This document shows, one piece after another, positions 22,582 to 29,091 of a DNA stretch of 32,000 nt (positions are counted from its first letter, which is position 1; every line of letters begins with the position of its first letter). The translations under genes were made by a program, and so were the position numbers. The notes under the pieces are model-generated. The model was not told the DNA's origin and did no database searches. It saw only the letters and a program-made list of their open reading frames with translations. This DNA is from a virus, in IMG/VR virus record IMGVR_UViG_3300032770_000004, positions 47,375 through 79,374 of that record, one strand, 5' to 3'.

Positions 22582-22940
22582 GCATTAGGAGAAAACTATG
22601 GAACATTGCAGCGAACATTGCGGCTCAACTCAGACCGTTTGAACCGTTATACCACTATGTCCTGGTGAGAGCAGATATCCCGTTTGGAGTCCAGCTCGCC
22701 CAGTCGATTCACGCCAGCGAAAATGAACCTCCTGGTACGCACGTTGTAGCCCTCCACGCAAATAATGAGCAGGAATTACTGAGCCTTGAGGTTCAGCTAC
22801 AGGCATTGGGCTATACCTATAAGGCAGTACGTGAGCCGGATGCCCCGTGGAATGGTCAGTTGATGGCTATTGGCATCGCCTCCCAGCTTAGAACCCCTCA
22901 GCTTAAGAAGTTGATGTCGAAGTACAAGCTAGCCAAATGA
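22578..22940 (+). CDS. minimal PTH2-like (peptidyl-tRNA hydrolase 2 fold) protein
   Basis: ATGA overlap. YVLVRADIPFGVQLAQSIHAS and VVALHANNEQELLSLEVQLQALGYTYKAVREPDAP...LMAIGI line up by eye with PTH2 blocks (VVRxDLxMxxGKxxAQxxHA; VVLKxxxexeL...DAGxT...TVLGIGP). Confidence 0.5.
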   Translation: MSIRRKLWNIAANIAAQLRPFEPLYHYVLVRADIPFGVQLAQSIHASENEPPGTHVVALHANNEQELLSLEVQLQALGYTYKAVREPDAPWNGQLMAIGIASQLRTPQLKKLMSKYKLAK

Positions 22941-22959
22941 TGGATCCTTTGGGCCTGAT

Positions 22960-22966
22960 GTAATCT
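22960..22966 (+). promoter_or_regulatory. GTAATCT element 24 nt upstream of ATG 22991
   Basis: Intergenic. An AAGGAG SD lies between the element and the ATG. Confidence 0.5.
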
Positions 22967-22990
22967 AGGTGACATTGAAGGAGACCATCG

Positions 22991-23335
22991 ATGGCCACTA
23001 TTTCCTCTGATACAAACACCCGTCTTAGCATCGCCCTCACCAAGTCGGATGCGGGTAACGAAGTCGCTAACGCTCTAAACAACGCTCTTGCGCAGAGCAG
23101 CCAGAATCCCTGGTGCCTCCCCGCCGTAATCGTTGCTACCAATGTCAGCCAGACTATTGACTTTGGTGCTCTCGCTGTTGGAGACCTTGTCGTCCACATC
23201 CCCGCTTCAGCCGGTAACGCTCAGAAGCTGGTGATTTCGACTGCTGGAACTCTTGGAGTCGCTGCTGTTGTTGGCGATCTCTACATTGTTCTTCGTGCGT
23301 TTGTAGCGCCCACTTACCCGACCCAGCAGTTCTAA
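22991..23335 (+). CDS. 114-aa Ala/Val/Thr-rich protein, likely abundant virion component
   Basis: Consensus AAGGAG SD, own promoter-like element, and a strong terminator immediately downstream. Confidence 0.75.
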   Translation: MATISSDTNTRLSIALTKSDAGNEVANALNNALAQSSQNPWCLPAVIVATNVSQTIDFGALAVGDLVVHIPASAGNAQKLVISTAGTLGVAAVVGDLYIVLRAFVAPTYPTQQF

Positions 23336-23360
23336 TCTGCTTCTTGGAGTGGCTAATTTC

Positions 23361-23408
23361 AAACCGCCTTGGCTCAAAAACAATGAGCCGGGCGGTTTTG
23401 TTATTTGC
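23361..23408. terminator. bidirectional rho-independent terminator
   Basis: AAACCGCC-TT-GGCTCA loop AAAACAA TGAGCC-G-GGCGGTTTTGTTATTT, with A-rich 5' and T-rich 3' flanks. It sits between convergent genes. Confidence 0.8.
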
Positions 23409-23919
23409 TGCGTACCGGACACCAGTTTGAATGGCCTGTGGCGAATGGCTGAATGCCGCATGCCGCAGCTCCACATTCACAAACTCCGAAATCGACAGAT
23501 CCCTCCTTTTCCTCTGCTTCATGGAGATCTGCGAACGGATCGAATGTAATAATGTTATGTACCGCTGCTCCGGGTACTCCCCGGCTACTGCCCGAATGTG
23601 TCAGCGTGACATCTGAATAGACCTTGCATTTGCGACAGTTCGTGCAGGTATTCGACGTTATTGAATGCTTCGACCAGGGACAACCACACTCAGCACACAT
23701 GTCGCTCTGCTTTGGAGGACTCATCCAAGGAGGCAAAGTTTGCCAAAGCCCCTTTGCGTAGATCACACCGTTACAAAACTTGTGATGGCCACCTCGATGT
23801 GTGCAGACCATGAGATTGCTGCCACCGGGGATTACGCATAGATTGCTACAAGTACAGTTGTACGTATTTTCGCCGCAATCTGTACAATCACCACTAACCC
23901 AATCATACCATTCCTTCAT
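23401..23919 (-). CDS. Cys-rich protein with C-terminal CxCG...GHSxWC motif
   Basis: The ORF-track start at 23961 is TTG; ATG 23919 lies 6 nt after TGgTATAAT. About 25 Cys residues. The tail CECGAAACGIQPFATGHSNWCP is shared with 27571-28206. Confidence 0.65.
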   Translation of the reverse strand: MKEWYDWVSGDCTDCGENTYNCTCSNLCVIPGGSNLMVCTHRGGHHKFCNGVIYAKGLWQTLPPWMSPPKQSDMCAECGCPWSKHSITSNTCTNCRKCKVYSDVTLTHSGSSRGVPGAAVHNIITFDPFADLHEAEEKEGSVDFGVCECGAAACGIQPFATGHSNWCPVRSK

Positions 23920-23925
23920 AGCACG

Positions 23926-23934
23926 ATTATACCA
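23926..23934 (-). promoter_or_regulatory. extended -10 promoter, predicted leaderless
   Basis: On the - strand: TGgTATAAT, 6 nt, ATG 23919. Confidence 0.45.
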
Positions 23935-24019
23935 TACCCTAGGAGAGATTCGGACTCTCAACCTTCCGGGTCATTACTCCGGCTGCTCTGGCCAATTGGA
24001 GCTACTAGGGCGAACTTCT

Positions 24020-24304
24020 TCAGTTCTTGAGGGTAATAGGATCGACCTCGTCCTCGGACTCGGGCTTGTCGCCTCCGCGCATCCTTTCGAACTCGGTCGG
24101 TTCAGGCATCGTGTTCACGAGTCCTTGCAGTAGGCTCTTGATGTTGTTGTGAACCTGGGGTTCGGCCGGGTGGAATCGATGCTTGTAGCACCACGTGCTA
24201 ATGGCGTCGACCAAATCGGTGGCAAGCTCCTGCATATGCTTACCGGATTCACCCCTGAAATTGCTGGCATCTACTTCTTGTACTACGTCTTTGGGATTGC
24301 TCAT
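24020..24304 (-). CDS. hypothetical protein
   Basis: ATGA overlap with the RNA ligase gene stop. Confidence 0.65.
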   Translation of the reverse strand: MSNPKDVVQEVDASNFRGESGKHMQELATDLVDAISTWCYKHRFHPAEPQVHNNIKSLLQGLVNTMPEPTEFERMRGGDKPESEDEVDPITLKN

Positions 24305-25332
24305 TTTTGTTCTCTCTTGAGTTGATTTGCTACCATTACCTCACGCATCCAATGAGCGTGGGTGGTCACGTGACCCTTACGAACGTATTTTCCCACGGAC
24401 TCTTTGAATTGTCTATAGGGAAACGACGACGCACTTCTAACTACATACCCTTCACATGGATCTCCTTGGTATTCCGGAATGTACAGGTTTTCGATTTTGG
24501 AGCGATCTCCGGGTCCGCGATAGAGCGTGGGAACCATTTGCAGCCCCAGCAACGCACACCATTCTACGGTCTCATCCCACGACAGAATTTCGTTCTTCTC
24601 GTTCCAGATGGAGAAGACCTGGAACCAGTCATCGAGATTGAGATAGTGGATACTGTGTTTGGCATAAAGGTTTTCGCCACAGATACGCCAGCCTTCGGGA
24701 ATCTCGTAAGAGATTCGACCGTGCAGAGATTTAACCCAGTTGCGGCTGGGGTGAGGCTCGTGAGTCAGCGAGCGGGCATGGATGAAGTCCTTGTACATGG
24801 TGGTATTCTCGCCATCCATCTTGATGGTAGCGATCACTTCTCGGCCCTTGAATGGATCGGGATTTGTCATCATTCGATCGTCTTTGGTGAGCCCAGGACT
24901 CCAAGGTAGATGATATGTACGAGGATACTTGACGTGCGTGGTAAAGAGAGTGAGAGCACCACCGTCTCCGAGAATCTTTTGAACGGACTGATCAAAGAAG
25001 AGATCACCACGCAATCTGGTGCCATTGGGAAGAACAGGATTCCCCCATTTGTCATAGATCTGATCGTTGTAGAGGTGCGGAGGCAGGATCGCCTTTCGAA
25101 TTCCAGCGGCCTCTCTGATCTGCTCAACCGAGAGCTTGGTCTGTTCAGCTTCCATATGATGAAGGCCGCACAAACTAGCACCGTTGTCCAGATAATAGCC
25201 CTCATCGGGCCATAGGCGGCGCTCGATAATGTGGTGAGCATCAACCGCTGGCGCCTTGCAAATGACGCACTGATGATTGTCGCGCTCGAAGACCCCTTCT
25301 CGGAATTGATCGCGAGTTTTAAGGTCGCTCAT
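24301..25332 (-). CDS. HNH domain fused to an RNA ligase (Rnl2/PF09414-like nucleotidyltransferase)
   Basis: N-terminal HQCVICKAPAVDAHHIIERRLWP...NGASLCGLHH. Ligase motif I is IKMDGEN; later motifs are ICGENLY, EGYVVR and GKYVRKGH. Confidence 0.8.
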   Translation of the reverse strand: MSDLKTRDQFREGVFERDNHQCVICKAPAVDAHHIIERRLWPDEGYYLDNGASLCGLHHMEAEQTKLSVEQIREAAGIRKAILPPHLYNDQIYDKWGNPVLPNGTRLRGDLFFDQSVQKILGDGGALTLFTTHVKYPRTYHLPWSPGLTKDDRMMTNPDPFKGREVIATIKMDGENTTMYKDFIHARSLTHEPHPSRNWVKSLHGRISYEIPEGWRICGENLYAKHSIHYLNLDDWFQVFSIWNEKNEILSWDETVEWCALLGLQMVPTLYRGPGDRSKIENLYIPEYQGDPCEGYVVRSASSFPYRQFKESVGKYVRKGHVTTHAHWMREVMVANQLKREQK

Positions 25333-25550
25333 GGCTCCTTAGTGATTGGCAGACGCAACAAATCGAGAGCAGCTTGGAGTTGGTTGGCTCGTTGAGTCTC
25401 TGCCAAATGACGTAGAACAGCCTTCATAAGCTGATCATTCGTCTTGAACAAGACTGCCCTAAGGGCCTGAATCTCTTTCAGGGCGGCAGGCAAATTGGTA
25501 GGTAGCGGAGGACCATCCTGGCGGTTTCTCTCGAATGGGTCAGACATCAT
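25329..25550 (-). CDS. hypothetical protein
   Basis: ATGA overlaps at both ends. Confidence 0.65.
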   Translation of the reverse strand: MMSDPFERNRQDGPPLPTNLPAALKEIQALRAVLFKTNDQLMKAVLRHLAETQRANQLQAALDLLRLPITKEP

Positions 25551-26380
25551 CTACCTCCGTGTCCAAAGGAAGTGGGTCTCCACATTCCTAAGTAGTTTCC
25601 TACTTCTAGTACGACCCGATGCAGTTTGTCAAGGTCTGCTCTCTTGTCGTTGATTATCTTACAGCTGAACCACCAATCAGGAATAGAGTCTTGGTCCTGT
25701 TCACTTACGTGAGCGCTGAAGCTCGCTGCCCGTTCTTCTGGATTGACAACAAGAATGGGAGCACCACCGAGCGCCTTAACCGAAAGAATCTCATTACGGA
25801 AACGCCCATCGCTGATAATCGCAACGGCTGGGCGTTCTGGGCCAGGAATGTGACCCTTGATTTTGTCGTATGTGCCACCTTCAGATAGAATCTTTACGGC
25901 TAGGTCTCGCGCGTGATCAGCCCAGATGGTGGGCTTGATCGATCGGCCAAACTCAGTACCGAGAGTTTGGAGAATGTATCTTGGGGTGGTCTCACGGGCC
26001 AGACTATCGTGGTCGGCTACCATACCGAGCCAGTCATTAAGCTTGCCATAAACATAGCCGCGTTGACTATGGCCAAATTTAAATCCCAGTTCATTTAGCC
26101 AGTTGCTGACGGTCATTCCCTTAGAAAGAATGTGAAAGTTACGATGCAAGTCATGCCAATCGTAACCGAAGAGTTTAGGATCAAGAGAGACCGGCTTGTT
26201 TCGCATCTCGCTGGGTCCCCAGAGCTGTTCTTCTGTAAAGCCGAAGAGCTGCATCGCGAAGCGCTTAAGAGGATCAGCTTGAGCGATGACAACACCGTTG
26301 AATTCTTTCTGGAGAATTGAAGCTACTGTATCCTTTCCTGATCCTGCCTTTCCTGCTAAAATTACAAGTGGATATTGCAT
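25547..26380 (-). CDS. P-loop kinase, T5-type dNMP kinase-like
   Basis: Walker A GKAGSGKDT, LQTLGTEFGR, ISDGRFRNE, HVSEQ. GGAG lies 7 nt upstream of ATG 26380. The ORF-track start at 26530 overlaps the upstream gene. Confidence 0.7.
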   Translation of the reverse strand: MQYPLVILAGKAGSGKDTVASILQKEFNGVVIAQADPLKRFAMQLFGFTEEQLWGPSEMRNKPVSLDPKLFGYDWHDLHRNFHILSKGMTVSNWLNELGFKFGHSQRGYVYGKLNDWLGMVADHDSLARETTPRYILQTLGTEFGRSIKPTIWADHARDLAVKILSEGGTYDKIKGHIPGPERPAVAIISDGRFRNEILSVKALGGAPILVVNPEERAASFSAHVSEQDQDSIPDWWFSCKIINDKRADLDKLHRVVLEVGNYLGMWRPTSFGHGGR

Positions 26381-26418
26381 CGACTGTTCTCCAAAGCTTT
26401 CAATTGTTGGGATCACTC

Positions 26419-26616
26419 TCAGGTCTTGTGGCCGCTCTTCAAGAATCCCAATAGTATCACAGCAGCGAAGGCTTGCCAGTATCCAATGTGTGGCATGATC
26501 GTGAAGCCACTTGCTCCGAGATAATTCCACACTATCTTGAATATAGCAGGCTGGCCGAACAACAGGATTAGGTATCCTAAAAGTTCGCCCAGCTGCTCTT
26601 CAATCGACTTTTCCAT
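26419..26616 (-). CDS. small membrane protein
   Basis: The ORF-track start at 26628 is GTG. ATG 26616 has an AAGGA SD and follows the upstream TAA. Confidence 0.6.
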   Translation of the reverse strand: MEKSIEEQLGELLGYLILLFGQPAIFKIVWNYLGASGFTIMPHIGYWQAFAAVILLGFLKSGHKT

Positions 26617-26617
26617 C

Positions 26618-26836
26618 TTATCCTTCACTACGGACCTTCAGATGGGCGACGATTTCGCCGTGAGTCTCAGCGATCTCCTCGTAGGCCTTGGCGATCTTGT
26701 TGAGCTTGCCAGCCAGGACGTTGTCCTTGCCATCGAATTTCTTGGCGAGACCAACAAGATCGCGCGCCGCCACTTTGCAGATTTGCTGGTTGGTCGCGTG
26801 ATTATTAATCGTTTCATTCAGTTCTTGCTTTGTCAT
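26618..26836 (-). CDS. hypothetical protein
   Basis: ATGA overlap; ORF track. Confidence 0.65.
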   Translation of the reverse strand: MTKQELNETINNHATNQQICKVAARDLVGLAKKFDGKDNVLAGKLNKIAKAYEEIAETHGEIVAHLKVRSEG

Positions 26837-27063
26837 TGTTCTTCCCTCTTTCGCCGGGCGATCAGCTCTGGCGGAATGTCATGCTCTGGAACGACTACCG
26901 TGGACTTGTCTTCAGGCAAACGGAGAGCCGTGCAGCACTCTCCACAAAAGAAGGTCCCGGTCATTCGCTCCGAGAACGTGATGTCGTTATACTGCTTCTT
27001 GCTGTCCGGGCACTGCCGTGACGGCACCTGCTGCTTGTCCTGCTGCTTCTGCTTCTTGCTCAC
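26833..27063 (-). CDS. hypothetical protein with CGECC motif; start uncertain
   Basis: The start at 27063 is GTG and overlaps the upstream gene by 77 nt. The alternative ATG 26964 lies after that gene's stop. Confidence 0.4.
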   Translation of the reverse strand: MSKKQKQQDKQQVPSRQCPDSKKQYNDITFSERMTGTFFCGECCTALRLPEDKSTVVVPEHDIPPELIARRKREEQ

Positions 27064-27304
27064 TTGTAGCTACCTTTCTTGCGGTCTTCTTGGTTGGAAG
27101 TACGACGGGAGTTCCTGCTTTCACGGCATCCTTCACTGCATCCTTGATTTCAAGGATTCGATGGGGTCGCATCTGGCGGCCGAACTTCTCCTTGATTTTC
27201 TCCTGCGCGGCACGAATAGTCACCGTAGGATCTTGCTTTACCAGTTCGACGAGAAAATTCTCACGATTGCTTACTTCTTCCTTCTTCAGTCTCATTTTGG
27301 TCAT
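26987..27304 (-). CDS. hypothetical basic protein with Ala/Gln-rich tail
   Basis: ORF track; consistent with the orientation of the block. Confidence 0.55.
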   Translation of the reverse strand: MTKMRLKKEEVSNRENFLVELVKQDPTVTIRAAQEKIKEKFGRQMRPHRILEIKDAVKDAVKAGTPVVLPTKKTARKVATSEQEAEAAGQAAGAVTAVPGQQEAV

Positions 27305-27539
27305 CTTCCTTTTCGGCCAGCCCCTTAAGAGCTTCTCGCAGGGGGGTCGAAACTTCTGTAATTTGGTGTGCTACCTCAAGTCTCATTATGAGCGTCTTGG
27401 CACGATTGTCAAGAGCAGAGAAATCTGGAGCGGTTTCATCGTCTTCTGCGTCTTCTGCGAGATCGACTAGGAAATCCCTGTAGACTTCCAATGCATCAAT
27501 CAGTAGGTCGCGTTCGTCTTGGGTGAGATTGAGGTTCAT
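27261..27539 (-). CDS. acidic hypothetical protein
   Basis: ORF track. Asp/Glu-rich: DLAEDAEDDETAPDF...EKEDDQNETEE. Confidence 0.6.
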   Translation of the reverse strand: MNLNLTQDERDLLIDALEVYRDFLVDLAEDAEDDETAPDFSALDNRAKTLIMRLEVAHQITEVSTPLREALKGLAEKEDDQNETEEGRSKQS

Positions 27540-27545
27540 GATTCC

Positions 27546-27574
27546 ATTCCTTCATACTTGAAAGCTTTTGTCAA
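27546..27574 (-). promoter_or_regulatory. possible promoter with weak -10
   Basis: On the - strand: TTGACA (overlapping the upstream stop), 17 nt, AGGAAT, 6 nt, ATG 27539. The AAGGA could instead be an SD. Confidence 0.3.
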
Positions 27575-28206
27575 CCAGTCTTTTTGACCTTGCTGAAGTG
27601 TGCATCGCACCATTCAGAGTGACCGACGTTCGAGAAGTCTTGAAAGCCGATCTGGTGGCCGCCACAACAGCACAGGTAGTTTTTGACAGGAGCAGAAGTG
27701 GGTTTGGTGTCAATAGCTTTCAGATAGGTAATGCAGTTACCATGGCAACGAGCGCAATTCAGACTGAAACCACTTGGCCTGTTTGGAGGAGTAGAGCGAT
27801 CCCATGTCACCACTATGAAATCACCACCTACACAAGAGACCGTTCCTTTCAGCCCCTTGGTTGGTTGAGAATTGTGTTCTAGACAATCCTGAGTCAGCTC
27901 AACACGATCCCCAACCTTAAAGGGAATGTTAAAGGCGTTAAGGGGAATGGGGGGCGAAGTCTGAGGCACGGGGTAATTGACCCGTGTCTGCATAATATGA
28001 AGATACTGACGACAATCAACTCCTCCGCACTTAGCACAGACTTGTTTAAGGACAGAAGAAGAACGGTTCGTGCTCTGATCCCATCGTACCCAAACGGCAT
28101 CGGAGTAAACCGCTGTAACTTCACCTGTCCATCCGGCGCGGGGCTTGTTCCCGTGTCCAGGCAAGTCTTGGCTTAGCTGAACTCGATCGCCTATATTGAA
28201 TGCCAT
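27571..28206 (-). CDS. protein with two tandem ~70-aa GDRV...V.WD.ST...CA.C repeats and a C-terminal CxCG...GHSxWC motif
   Basis: Repeat 1 is AFNIGDRVQLSQD...VRWDQST...CAKCGGVDCRQYL. Repeat 2 is PFKVGDRVELTQD...VTWDRST...CARCHGNCITYL. The tail is CCCGGHQIGFQDFSNVGHSEWC. Confidence 0.7.
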   Translation of the reverse strand: MAFNIGDRVQLSQDLPGHGNKPRAGWTGEVTAVYSDAVWVRWDQSTNRSSSVLKQVCAKCGGVDCRQYLHIMQTRVNYPVPQTSPPIPLNAFNIPFKVGDRVELTQDCLEHNSQPTKGLKGTVSCVGGDFIVVTWDRSTPPNRPSGFSLNCARCHGNCITYLKAIDTKPTSAPVKNYLCCCGGHQIGFQDFSNVGHSEWCDAHFSKVKKTG

Positions 28207-28207
28207 A

Positions 28208-28429
28208 TCATGCCTTCTTCTTGTTCTTCTTTTTCTCGATCAGGGCGGCCTTGATGCTCATCCAGATCACGTAATCGGCCACGTCCTGTAGTCGCGCCTC
28301 GTAGGCCTTCTTGAAGTGCTTGGGCCGAACCTGGATGAAGCCAGTATCACGATCGATCTCGACCGTGACCTCGTTCTTGTGGTGGAACTTGCTTGCTCCA
28401 AAGATCTTGAATCTCGCTACACGCGCCAT
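28208..28429 (-). CDS. hypothetical basic protein
   Basis: ORF track; Lys-rich tail. Confidence 0.65.
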   Translation of the reverse strand: MARVARFKIFGASKFHHKNEVTVEIDRDTGFIQVRPKHFKKAYEARLQDVADYVIWMSIKAALIEKKKNKKKA

Positions 28430-28437
28430 GCGGCTTC

Positions 28438-28815
28438 CTAGTTCTGCTCATCGTGGGGGACAAAAGCTTCCTTCTCCAAATGGATCAGCCGTCCATCCAT
28501 CTTGAGAACGAATTCCAGGGCCTTGTATTCGGCCATTGTCATCAGCATCGTGTAGGCATTTACCTTCCCATCTTTGGAGAAGAGCATACGCGCCAGTACC
28601 TGTGGGGTATCCGTCCTAGGTGTGGACTCAAGCGTCAGCGTTCGTTTGCTGCTCACCCCGGCTCGCTTCCAGTCTGGCAGCTCACGAACGGCCGAGGCGT
28701 CCTCCTTTACGCCCGTCCAGAACTCTTTGCTTTCTTGATCCCGCAGGTTTCGGGTCACCTTCTTTTTTTTACTTTCCAGGCGCCTCTCTTCATCGGTCTT
28801 GGTGTGTTTCGACAT
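28438..28815 (-). CDS. hypothetical protein
   Basis: GGAG SD 5 nt upstream; ORF track. Confidence 0.7.
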   Translation of the reverse strand: MSKHTKTDEERRLESKKKKVTRNLRDQESKEFWTGVKEDASAVRELPDWKRAGVSSKRTLTLESTPRTDTPQVLARMLFSKDGKVNAYTMLMTMAEYKALEFVLKMDGRLIHLEKEAFVPHDEQN

Positions 28816-28848
28816 AGCTTCTCCACATACTACGGACTGAAAACGGTG

Positions 28849-29055
28849 TCAAGCCACCGTCTTCTCGAAAAACTCTCCCAGCTCGGCGCGCTGCTCACGT
28901 TCCAAAGCCAGCTTACCCTCCTCAAAGGCCATGGCCAGGAGAGCGGCAATCTCGCTGCGGCCAAGGTGGGCTTCCACGCCGTTCGGATTCTTCCGCTTCT
29001 GGAAGATCTTGTCGGTCACCAGCATCCCAAATTCAACGGAGTTAGAGGTTTTCAT
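28849..29055 (-). CDS. hypothetical protein
   Basis: The ORF-track start at 29064 overlaps the -10 hexamer. ATG 29055 lies 7 nt after TAGGAT. Confidence 0.6.
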   Translation of the reverse strand: MKTSNSVEFGMLVTDKIFQKRKNPNGVEAHLGRSEIAALLAMAFEEGKLALEREQRAELGEFFEKTVA

Positions 29056-29062
29056 GATTAAC

Positions 29063-29091
29063 ATCCTATCATATGTTTAACTGAATGTCAA
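29063..29091 (-). promoter_or_regulatory. sigma70-type promoter, predicted leaderless
   Basis: On the - strand: TTGACA (overlapping the upstream stop), 17 nt, TAGGAT, 7 nt, ATG 29055. Confidence 0.5.

Noticed and set aside
22585-22642. A consensus TAGGAG SD 6 nt upstream of an out-of-frame ATG at 22598, giving a 14-codon ORF (MEHCSEHCGSTQTV).
   Set aside because: It lies inside the PTH2-like gene, is very short, and has no supporting signal. It is probably a chance SD-like codon string.
25547-26380. Reading the P-loop kinase as the polynucleotide kinase partner of the RNA ligase, which would make a T4 Pnkp-like repair pair.
   Set aside because: The motifs GSGKDT, LQTLGTEFGR, DGRFRNE and HVSE fit T5-type dNMP kinases better, and no phosphatase module is visible. 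It is kept only as an open question in the ligase finding.
26537-27470. Long + strand ORFs 26537-27328 (263 aa) and 27018-27470 (150 aa).
   Set aside because: Their translations are low-complexity and Cys/Leu/Ser-rich. They lie antisense to a coherent chain of translationally coupled - strand genes, so I treat them as shadow ORFs.
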